DNA of 64,000 bases, taken from contig NC_092673.1 of assembly GCF_964355755.1 (NCBI RefSeq), forward strand, positions 19,031,648 through 19,095,647. Direction: 5' to 3'. This DNA is from Antedon mediterranea. Its lineage: Eukaryota > Animalia > Echinodermata. Positions 1-12,100 of the stretch are shown here, in pieces (the first letter of the stretch is position 1; every line of letters begins with the position of its first letter). The translations under genes and the position numbers were made by a program. A model generated the notes under the pieces. That model was not told the DNA's origin. It saw nothing but the letters and a program-made list of their open reading frames with translations, and made no database searches.

Positions 1-40
1 GTTGTCAGTATTTATAAACTTCATTATGATTCCTTTCCAG

Positions 41-151
41 TATGGTGACACTCCATTACATGCATATCTGAGGAGAGGATATAATACACCTACCTTAGAA
101 ATAGTGACGTGTCTCATTCAGCATGGGGCACCAGTAGCATTGCAAAATAAG
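41..151 (+). CDS. ankyrin-repeat cassette exon A (YGDTPLHAYLRRGYNTPTLEIVTCLIQHGAPVALQNK)
   Basis: ttcctttccag acceptor, AAG|gtaatg donor, 111 nt, phase 0-0, GxTPLH...EIV..LI..GA ankyrin consensus. Confidence 0.9.
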
Positions 152-3100
152 GTAATGTACAGGGATTTGCTAGTGTAATAAGCTAACATTCTTTAGATCT
201 GCTGAAGTAAACCATTTAATGAGAGAAAAAAGTAAGCACATTAACAAAAATCAAATTTGATGTAAACAAACCAAATAAAAAAATAACTAAATAGTTTATA
301 TGATTTATGATAACAAACAAATTTAAAGTATACAGTTACCTATCACATAACATACATCTTTAATTTTCTTAATGAACAAAAAAATCTACTTTTTTTTTTA
401 TGTTCAGGTGAATCAGTATAATTTTGTTTACATATTTTTGACCGTAAAACAAATATAAATTGCTCCTATGTAGCTGTAAAGATAGCAACGATTGACAATG
501 GTCTAATTAATTGTAAATATGAAATAAAATGGAACAACTACATTGACTAATAATAAAACAACAAATAAAAAAATGTATGTTAAAAAAATTAATAGAATCT
601 AATTTTAATAAAAAATAATTATTAATGAATAACCTGCTCCCTCCCTTACCTTACAAAAAAATGCTTCTGTACATCTACCCAGCTAATTATGAACATGGCC
701 TTAAAGAGATCCTTTTCCAACCTAGGATCTTTTTTTTCATAATATGAAATTATTCTTTTCAAACAGTCCCGTATCTTTTGTGGAAAAATGATTCTATAAA
801 GTTGCTAGTTAAAATTGAATATACTAGTATTAAGTGCCCACAAATGGTTCTCGAATATATAAACTTTGAGAAATAACTAAAAATTGTCCAAGTCACACTG
901 TACACAAAGCAAATGAATACAGATATGTTGGAATTTATGTAGTCAAATATAATTGTCATCCTGAGAATTACCTTAATTTTGTTTATTACATGGTATTGTT
1001 CACCAAATTCCTGTCTTGGTACATTTGATGATGGGATGGTATCAGGCTTCATGATATGATAGGATTTTCATCGGGGCAAATGGTTTAAATTAAATTTGTT
1101 ATCGTTAATATCTAACTTAACTTAATTATGATATTGGTTTCATAATGATAATTATGATTATTTACCACAATATTTAGTAGCAATTGTTGTTGTTTGTATT
1201 GACAAAAAACAAACAATTTCACATAATGTCTGTTGTCAGTATTTATAAACTTCATTATGATTCCTTTCCAGAATGGGAACACTCCATTACATTCATATCT
1301 GGGGAGTGTATATACACCTACCTTAGAAATAGTGATGTGTCTCATTCAGCATGGGGCACCAGTAGCATTGCAAAATAAGGTAAATGTACAGGGATTTGCT
1401 AGTGTAATAGGCTAACATTCTATAGATATGCTGTGGTAAACCATTCTATTTTGTTCTACTCATTTATTAATAATGATAATTATGATTATTTTACCACTTT
1501 ATTTAGCATTAATTGTTGTTGTTTGTATTGACAAAAAACAAACAATTTCACATAATGTCTGTTGTCAGTATTTATAAACTTCATTATGATTCCTTTCCAG
1601 GTTGGTGACACTCTATTACATTCATATCTGAGGATTGAATATACACAACCTACCTTAGAAATAGTGACGTGTCTCATTCAGCAAGGGGCACCAGTAGCAT
1701 TGCAAAATAAGGTAATGTACAGGGATTTGCTAGTGTAATAGGCTAACATTGTATAGATTTGCGGAAGTAAACCATTCAATTAGGATTATTGACCACATTA
1801 TTTAGCAGTAATTCTTGCAATGGTTTGGGTTGACAAAAAAACCCAATTTCACATACTGTCTGTTGTCAGTATTATACACCAGCAACATTGCAAAAGAAGG
1901 TAATGTACAGGGATTTGCTAGTGTAGTAGGCTAACATTCTATAGATATGCTGTGGTAAACCATTATATTTTGTTCTACTCATTTATTAATAATGATAATT
2001 ATTATTATTTACCACAATATTTAGCAGCAATTGTTGTTGTTTGTATTGACAAAAAACAAACAATTTTACATAATGTCTGTTGTCAGTATTTATAAACTTC
2101 ATTATGATTCCTTTCCAGTATGGTGACACTCCATTACATGCATATCTGAGGAGAGGATATAATACACCTACCTTAGAAATAGTGACGTGTCTCATTCAGC
2201 ATGGGGCACCAGTAGCATTGCAAAATAAGGTAATGTACAGGGATTTGCTAGTGTAATAAGCTAACATTCTTTAGATCTGCTGAAGTAAACCATTTAATGA
2301 GAGAAAAAAGTAAGCACATTAACAAAAATCAAATTTGATGTAAACAAACCAAATAAAAAAATAACTAAATAGTTTATATGATTTATGATAACAAACAAAT
2401 TTAAAGTATACAGTTACCTATCACATAACATACATCTTTAATTTTCTTAATGAACAAAAAATTCTACTTTTTTTATATGTTCAGGTGAATCAGTATAATT
2501 TTGTTTACATATTTTTGACCGTAAAACAAATATAAATTGCTCCTATGTAGCTGTAAAGATAGCAACGATTGACAATGGTCTAATTAATTGTAAATATGAA
2601 ATAAAATGGAACAACTACATTGACTAATAATAAAACAACAAATAAAAAAATGTATGTTAACAAAATTAATAGAATCTAATTTTAATAAAAAATAATTATT
2701 AATGAATAACCTGCTCCCTCCCTTACCTTACAAAAAAAAATGCTTCTGTACATCTACCCAGCTAATTATGAACATGGCCTTAAAGAGATCCTTTTCCAAC
2801 CTAGGATCTTTTTTTTCATAATATGAAATTATTCTTTTCAAACAGTCCCGTATCTTTTGTGGAAAAATGATTCTATAAAGTTGCTAGTTAAAATTGAATA
2901 TACTAGTATTAAGTGCCCACAAATGGTTCTCGAATATATAAACTTTGAGAAATAACTAAAAATTGTCCAAGTCACACTGTACACAAAGCAAATGAATACA
3001 GATATGTTAGAATTTATGTAGTCAAATATAATTGTCATCCTGAGAATTACCTTAATTTTGTTTAATACATGGTATTGTTCACCAAATTCCTGTCTTGGTA

Positions 3101-6100
3101 CATTTGATGATGGGATGGTATCAGGCTTCATGATATGATAGGATTTTCATCGGGGCAAATGGTTTAAATTAAATTTGTTATCGTTAATATCTAACTTAAC
3201 TTAATTATGATATTGGTTTCATTGGGTGTTAAAAATCAGTACCGAAAGTATGTACCAACTTTCTCTACCATTGAGTATAAATTTTAGAAGTTGCACTTAA
3301 TTTACTGAAATTTCCCTTTACCTAAATTTATATGTAAATTCATTTAACTGCTTATTGGCCTCATACATTACGCTTAACATCTAAACATTTGTTTGTACAA
3401 TTTTATAAAATATGTATTAAATTATTAATGTTCAAATTTTGTGATTGATATTGTACAGTAAGTAGATTTTAATGACACTATACTACATTTGATCCATGGT
3501 AAGATATTATATTTTGTTTTCATTTATCAATAGTCGACATTTATGATTATTTACCACATTATTTAGCAGTAATTTTTGCTATGGTTTGGGTTGACAAAAA
3601 AAACCCAATTTCACATAATGTTTGTTGTCAGTATTATACACCAGCAACATTGCAAAGAAGGTAATGTACAGGGATTATACAGGGATATTTCATTTGTGTC
3701 TGGATAGTATCCAAATATTATTTGCTTTGAAAGTTTATAGTAAAACTATTTGTTGTTTTATATTATGGCTCAAACATTTTAACACATCTACCTACTGTTC
3801 CAAAGTAAACTTTTATTCAATTTATTTCTTTCTCTCTCTCTCTCTTCCATCTTTCAATGTTGAAGGCGGTAGACTATAAACGGCAGCACTCAAGTTTTGG
3901 TTTGGATACAGGAGTTATAGGTGGCGCACTGTACAAGTTGATGTCATTTATTGGCAAATAGTAATTTCTATTCACGTCCTAATTTACAACCAATGTTAAA
4001 AAATAGTAAATCTATGTGTTATCACGTGATGCTCTTTCCTCCAATCTCTAGATGGTAAATGTTTGAGCCATGACATAATACTGTATGTATGTGATGCGTA
4101 ATTAAAGTGTGTTATATTGTATATCAATAATTTCTCAAAACTACTAATAACTAAACCCATTTTTTTAATAGGATGGAAATACACTTGTCTCTCTTTTAGA
4201 AAGTAACAGGTTTATAGAGGAGCAAAGTAAAACTGAAATTTTAAACTTCTTAGAAGGTAAGTGAAGTTTTAATTATTGAAATTTTAGGATCACGGTAGTG
4301 TAAAAAGGCGAAAAGTGTGCAACTAATAACAAATGGAGAGATTTTATTTATCATAAATAAAACAAACAGTTGATTGTTTCCATCCAAAATACTGTAATAA
4401 TGGAATGGAGCTAGTTTGCAGATTTATGTGGCATGCTTGATTGATGATTTTTTTTTTAACTTTATTTACTCCAGATGTTTTAAAAATCTATTAAAATCTC
4501 AATTCAATTTTCAGATATTCCATCTGATATTGCTGTTCGTGAATTAGAGTATCAGGAAGCGTACAAGGAAGCTTTGAAAGGAGGATCTGTCGCAGTCAAT
4601 CTTGGAATGCTTAAGGTGATTGGACAGGAAGGAGTGGGTAAAACATGCCTCATAAATTCCTGTCTTGGAAAGATGTAAGTAGTTGGACAGTAAAATTGAC
4701 ATTACAAAATACATGTAGGTACTGCCTAATTATAACAATAATAGATAATAGAATTAAATTTTAACATTGTTTTGTAATTTTAAATGAAAGATCATTTTAA
4801 TTGTTAACTAAATAACTGATTTAAAATGTGTATTTTATGAATAAAGACTATTGAAATAGTAACTACTGGTATCTATAATTAAAAAGAGAAAATTGAATTT
4901 TACAGCACTAAAAATGAATGACATTCATTGTTGGTTTCAAATTATTATATTATTATTATTATATGTATCTCAGATTTGAGGAAGAACATAAAGTTACAGA
5001 TGGCATAGCAGTGATAAGGACTGTAAGCACAACATGGAAAGAGGCTAAAGCTGATAGTGGTAAACATGAATACAAATTAGCATATTACTCTTCCCATCAT
5101 CATAGGCTATGTAACAATATTTATCTTTGATCTCATTATCATAGACACAAACAGGCCCACAATGAAACTGAGATGTAGAATGGAATTCAATAATGCATAC
5201 AACTGTAGTATGGTGTCAACAGTCATATTTTCACATACATACAATTGTTACTCCATGATCCTTTAACACGCAAGCTATTGTTTGTTGATGTACTGTAATT
5301 ATACATTAATTAATCAATCAGTTAATGTATTGTCACCTATCAATGTATCTGCTGTAATAATATGTGCAAATGTCTTTTTTCTCTACAGGTAATCCTTCAA
5401 AACAGTATACAAAAATGGTCACTGACAAACTAAGAGAAAAGGAAACTGTAAGCATATGTCAATAATAGTGTAATAAAAACATAAAATAAATAAAATATTA
5501 GTACCTACAGGACTTTTTAACTATTGCAAACCAGTCACTTAGGCTTTCTTTCTAAATTAATCAATGAGGAATTATGAGCGGCTATTTCATTTCTTTTTGT
5601 TGCTTCAATCCTTTTAAAATTTACTCTAACAAATAACTTGGTTTTTTTGTTTGAGGGTAGATAATATTAGTTTTCTCTTATATTAAATTGTTAACAAAAC
5701 TGTATTTAACTTTGAATAAACATTTATTTCTTTTTTATATCCATTTTTTGTGTTATTTATCAGATTGACATGAAACCACCTACAGATGATGTCGAGGATG
5801 ATGATGGTATTGTTGTTGACTACAATAAGGATGACAACAATGATGACTACAAAAATAATGACAACAATGATTACAAAAATGATAGTATGTAACTTTCCAT
5901 TAAATTCTAATTATTATTATTACATATTACATTACATACACATACATTACATTTTGTAGTCAGCTAATTTGCAATTATCTGTTTGCAATTTCTGTGATAT
6001 TAAGTTTGTGCTGTAGTTATTTGAAATAATTAGATTATTAATTAGATTTTCCAATTTAAAGTAACTTTTAATTTTCCTATAAAATTATTACATTTATGTG

Positions 6101-9100
6101 ATCAGAGGTGGAGGTAAGGCAACCTTTAACCTGTGTAACAATTATGGTGACAGTCATACTTTTCTACCTCTACTCTGACAGTGTCAACTAAAACTATAAT
6201 GATGATAACAATGATGGTGACTCATAGTGTAACAATGATAATGATAATGAAGACTGCAATGATGATAATGACTCGGTGTAACAATGATAATGATAATGAA
6301 GACTGTAATGATGATAATGACAACAATGATGACTCGGTGTAACAATGATAATGATAATGAAGACTGTAATGATGATAATGACAACAATGATGATGACTCG
6401 GTGTAACAATGATAATGAAGACTGTAATGATGATAATGACAACAATGATGACGACTCGGTGTAACAATGATTATGAAGACTGCAATGATGATAATGACAA
6501 CAATGATGATGACTCGGTGTAACAATGATAATGAAGACTGCAATGATGATAATGACAACAATGATGACGACTCGGTGTAACAATGATTATGAAGACTGCA
6601 ATGATGATAATGACAACAATGATGATGACTCGGTGTAACAATGATTATGAAGACTGCAATGATGATAATGACAACAATGATGATGACTCGGTGTAACAAT
6701 GATTATGAAGACTGCAATGATGATAATGACAACAATGATGACGACTCGGTGTAACAATGATTATGAAGACTGCAATGATGATAATGACAACAATGATGAT
6801 GACTCGGTGTAACAATGATAATGAAGACTGTAATGATGATTATGACAACAATGATGACGACTCGGTGTAACAATGATTATGAAGACTGCAATGATGATAA
6901 TGACAACAATGATGATGACTCGGTGTAACAATGATTATGAAGACTGCAATGATGATAATGACAACAATGATGATGACTCGGTGTAACAATGATAATGAAG
7001 ACTGTAATGATGATAATGACAACAATGATGATGACTCGGTGTAACAATGATTATGAAGACTGTAATGATGATAATGACAACAATGATGACGACTCGGTGT
7101 AACAATGATTATGAAGACTGCAATGATGATAATGACAACAATGATGATGACTCGGTGTAACAATGATTATGAAGACTGCAATGATGATAATGACAACAAT
7201 GATGATGACTCGGTGTAACAATGATTATGAAGACTGCAATGATGATAATGACAACAATGATGATGACTCGGTGTAACAATGATTATGAAGACTGCAATGA
7301 TGATAATGACAACAATGATGATGACTCGGTGTAACAATGATTATGAAGACTGCAATGATGATAATGACAATTACAACAATGATGATAATCAATCAACTAT
7401 AACAATATGTTAATGACTTTTACAATGATTAAAATAATGATGCTTGTTTACATGTGTTGAGAGTGACCAAATTGTGATTAACTCAAAATTATTTTTACTA
7501 ACAAACATTACTATTTGTATGCCTAGTGTGTAAACATTATTGACATAATTTCATAAACATCTATATGTCGTACAACTACTCGTAACATTTTTTACTCAAC
7601 TTTCTATCATCTAAAGTCGTAGTTAGTCATGCCTCGGGTCACATTCTATGGTCTCCGTACAGGTAGGCTACTACATCAGTACTTCTATGAATGGATGACT
7701 AGCCGGTGACAATAACGCTAGTTGGTCATACACAGTACCGTTTTTGATTTTACGATCATTCGGGAAACCACCTCACAACGACTCGGTGTAACAATTATTA
7801 TGAAGACTGCAATGATGATAATGACAACAATGATGACGACTCGGTGTAACAATGATTATGAAGACTGCAATGATGATAATGACAATTACAACAATGATGA
7901 TAATCAGAACAACTATAACAATATGTTAATGACTTTACAATGATTAAAATAATGATGCTTGTTTACATGTGTTGAGAGTGACCAAATTGTGTTTCCACTA
8001 CAGATACTGATAGAGCTACTGAAGCTATTCCATTTGATACAGATCAGCAGTTAGATAAAGATGTAATCAAGAAACTTGAGGAAGAAAAGGAGGACCCCTT
8101 GGAAGAAACATTTAACATCTGGGATCATGGAGGTCAATTAATATATCATGGTATACATCGCGTAAGTTATAATATATGTATTTCCCTTGAAGTTAATATT
8201 ATATTGACATTGTTTAAATACTATACACAGTTAAAAGGAAATGTCTCTGTATATACTAACATAATGGTATGACCAAGGTTTAATTTGTGCATTCAGTAAT
8301 TGCAAACATCTTTCCATGGTACTGCTTTATATAAATTGTTAAAAATTTTGCCTACGTCAATAAAAAAGTATTTTCAGTAACTGTTTTCAATCATAACTGA
8401 TTTTAACAGTTTTATATGAATTTGTACTAGAAAAATGCTTTAATAAAAAGAGTATCAATAGTAAATGTATAAACACAGATTATCAAAAGACAACCTACAG
8501 AATAAAATGATAGTCGCGCAGTCACCTATCTTGCGCCGCGTAGCGGTGCTATACAATCTTTGCTTAAAGCATATTAATCAAATATTTGAATAAAAACAAA
8601 TTGTATTTTTGCAGATGTTCATGACATTACAAGCACTTTATATTGTAGTGTTCGACCTAAGTGTAGACCTCAATGATCCTGCTGTTTATATTGATTCCAA
8701 TGGAGTAAGTATTTTGCTATATATTTTATGCATTACAATGAGTTTTATTTCATACCTTCAAAATGAGCTGCATGCATTTACATATTTGAAACCTAACCAT
8801 TTTGATTTTAATTGTGGTTAGAAATCATTTACTTCTTCATTTCATTTTTAATTGAACAAAGATTTTTGTTTTTTATACTAATCTTTCTTTTTTACAGGAA
8901 AAGTGTAAACATCATTGGACCAATCTCCAGTTCATATTATCTTACACCCTGTCAGTTTATTCTCATAGTCGTATTGTGGAAGAAGACGAGGAGGTTCACA
9001 AACCAACTATCCTTATTGTGGGTACACATAAGGGTAAGCTTGGTGAGACTGAAAAAGAACAAAATGATGAGGTTAATATTTACATTATTAAAATTAGCAA

Positions 9101-12100
9101 CCAATCAAGTATACATTTCTGTTCTAAAGATAATGTAAAGAAACTAGCTACTAGAATACTGTATCGAATACATTCATATCAAAAGTTTTTATATGAATGT
9201 ATTCTATACAGTACTCAAATAGGACTTGAAGTATTTAGATATTATTTAAAAGAAATGACAGTTTTTACCTCATGTTTTCATTTATTTAAATTGTTTACAA
9301 CCAGACAAAGAAGGCCTTTAAAATGATTCGAGATGCACTTAAACATAAAGTGTATGAAAAACATGTGTATCACCAATATTTTGCCGTTGAAAACAGCCAA
9401 GAAACTACGGATAAGAGCTTTAGTGATCTCAAACAAGTTATTGATGACCTTATGACTGCTTTAGAGAAAAAAGTTCCTTTAAAGTGGATGCGTTTTCGAT
9501 GTGATCTACAAGATCTAAGGAGAAAAAAACATTTTTCTTTGTGTCCAGTTAAAGAGGTAAATTTAATTGGCATCATTCCTCAGTGTTTTGGTTTCAGAAT
9601 AGAAATTTTTATTTTTTATTTATTTATTCAATTTTCTGCCATATACAATACATAGAAAACAAAACAATTATAAAAGGAGGAAAGGAAAGACCAAACAGGT
9701 GCTAGTTGGTCAACCCAGAACATACAGAGCACAGAAAGAAAGAGATAAATAAAAAAAATAATAATACGTCCTACAATTAAAGCATCTATAAAATATTTTG
9801 GAAATAGTAGTATTTAAAAAAGTAGAAACAAAAGACTCTACCCACTATTATATATAACTACAGTACTATATAATAATATTGATTATATTTTTGTCATATT
9901 TTCATCTTCACTGCTCTAAATCTGAATGGTAAAATAATGTTAATATGATATAATATAAAATATATAATCCTATCCATGCTGTTATGGTTTCCTATCTGAA
10001 AAAAATCATGAGTATTTTTTTATGGAATATTTGCATTGCAACACTAACAATGCATTCTGTGAGAAAAATTGCAGTTACGTTTCCCCCATCCTGAGAGTGA
10101 CGTTTTCCTTCAGGTCCAAAATTATGCAGTACAAAACATTTCAGGCGGTAAAGGACAAAACTAATGTTGGAAATGTATACCTACCTTTGGTTTCATATTT
10201 TTGATATTTTATTTGTATCTGAATAGTGAACAATTTTGTCTTTAGCTCAAAATGATGGCAAGTAAGAATGGTATTGCAGATGAAAAACAACAATCCTTTC
10301 TTCTTAACTTTTTGTACAATCTTGGTGAAATTGTTTACAGGCCTGACAACAAATTATTGAAAGATAAAGCGGTGTTGGATCCGATGCAGCTGGTTGAAAT
10401 TGTTACTACATTTGTGACGGTCGTTCCTCCAGAATTTCCAGTAAGTATTCTCATGAAAATGTTAATGCAGTGTTCTGTGAGGAAATAATAGAGGTACATG
10501 TGAATTCCTATAGGTGCTATAGTATCAAAAGCAATATCTGACAGTTTCATTAGTTTAACATTGAGGGGTATATTGTATATTAAATGTAAACCATGTTATT
10601 GCATCTACAAGTCTTTATAAAGGTAAAGGTAAAGGTATTCATATTTGTCCTCAAGCTTAACTGGAAACTGAGGAAATTCGGATTAGGCCCTCCACGGACC
10701 CACGGCAGCCAGCAGTGCAGCGCCTACCAGATTAGTACACCGGGAGACGATCCCCTACTCTTTTCGAATAGTGTACCAAGTTCTTTAACGTGCACCAAGT
10801 TCTTTAATGTGCATCCTTTCAGATTCTAAATTGTTTGATAACTTAATAAACACAACATTCTAAGTATGGCTAATTGGTGGTGTTTTTTAGCCGGCCATGT
10901 ATATCGATGCATTTGATAAACTTGACAAAGGCATACTGGAAGAAAAGTTGTTGCGAAAATTATGGAAAAAGCGTGAAGTTGATGACGGAAAGAATTTTGA
11001 GTTTCTTGTAGCACTGATGATTCAATTAGGTTTTATTTGTGAAAGGAAGACAACCAGCAGCCAAGATGTGGAAAGTACATCTACAGTAGGTTTTGTTCAG
11101 TTATCTTTTCTAACAAAAATTGTTTTGGTATTATACATAATTGGTGAAATTTTACAAAAATTTCAAAATATTTGTAAGGTTATGACATATTTTGGTTAAA
11201 CATCCTGCTGAAAGATGTTTTTATCATATACAGGAAATGATCTTTACTTATTAAAAGAAATCTAAATGGGATTTTATAAATCAACAATTTCAGGAATCTG
11301 TTGGAAAGCGATCATTCTTTGTGCCACTACGCCTTGCTTTCAAGACATCAAGTGAAGTGAAACCAGTGCCTGATGATCCACAATCTATCAGTATCTACTA
11401 CGACTTTAAGGGATATCTGCCAGATGTATTGTTTCCATATATGATTATTGATTTCCTCAACAAATTTCAAAAGAAAGGTGTTACCCAATACTCTTGTATA
11501 ACCATGCTGAACTTTACTTCGATCAAGATCATAATGTGACCTTATCTCTTGTGAAATTTGTGACTATGGAGGATGAAAGAAAGTTCTTGTTAAAGGTACT
11601 GTATCATATAATTTGTTGTGAATAAATCATAATTTAATCTAAGCATAAACTCAAATTCAAATATCAAAACATCACTTTTTCAGGTGACTATTAAAAGAAC
11701 TCCTGTTGGTAATGAGGAAACAAGTAATGATGAACCCTCTTCTGAAGCATGTCAAGAGGTTTGTTATCATTTCATATATGCAAGGGCGGATCTAAATTTT
11801 CAAGGTGCCTTTTTTCAGAGGTTCAATATTTTAATCGTGTGACATATGTGGCAAATTCCATTTACCATGTCTCCGACCTTTAAGAGGGAGTGTGGCCTAA
11901 AATGGTTCAAATACTTAGGCTCGAAAGTGCCCTTTTCTTCTGGGAGGTAAACATTTGAGGCACGTAACATTTTGATAGTGATAATTCAGATTTGTATTTT
12001 AGATAGTTATTCTATTTCTTATTGGTTTAATTATCATCTCTTTTATTGTATTGTACATTTTAAGAATTGTGTGCTGCTTATTCAAAAGTTGCTACATTGT

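Larger units (their letters stand above)
1..3222. repeat. ~2.08-kb tandem segmental duplication of the ankyrin exon block
   Basis: 1-1143 is near-identical to 2079-3222; differences are mostly homopolymer lengths and a few SNPs. Confidence 0.9.

Noticed and set aside
759-3131. Two near-identical 97-aa minus-strand ORFs (759-1052, 2838-3131)
   Set aside because: Antisense intronic sequence copied by the 2.08-kb duplication; no recognisable protein features.
6184-7163. His/Ile/Ser-rich ORFs
   Set aside because: Translations of the 58-bp minisatellite; the unit length is not a multiple of 3 and it lies in an intron.
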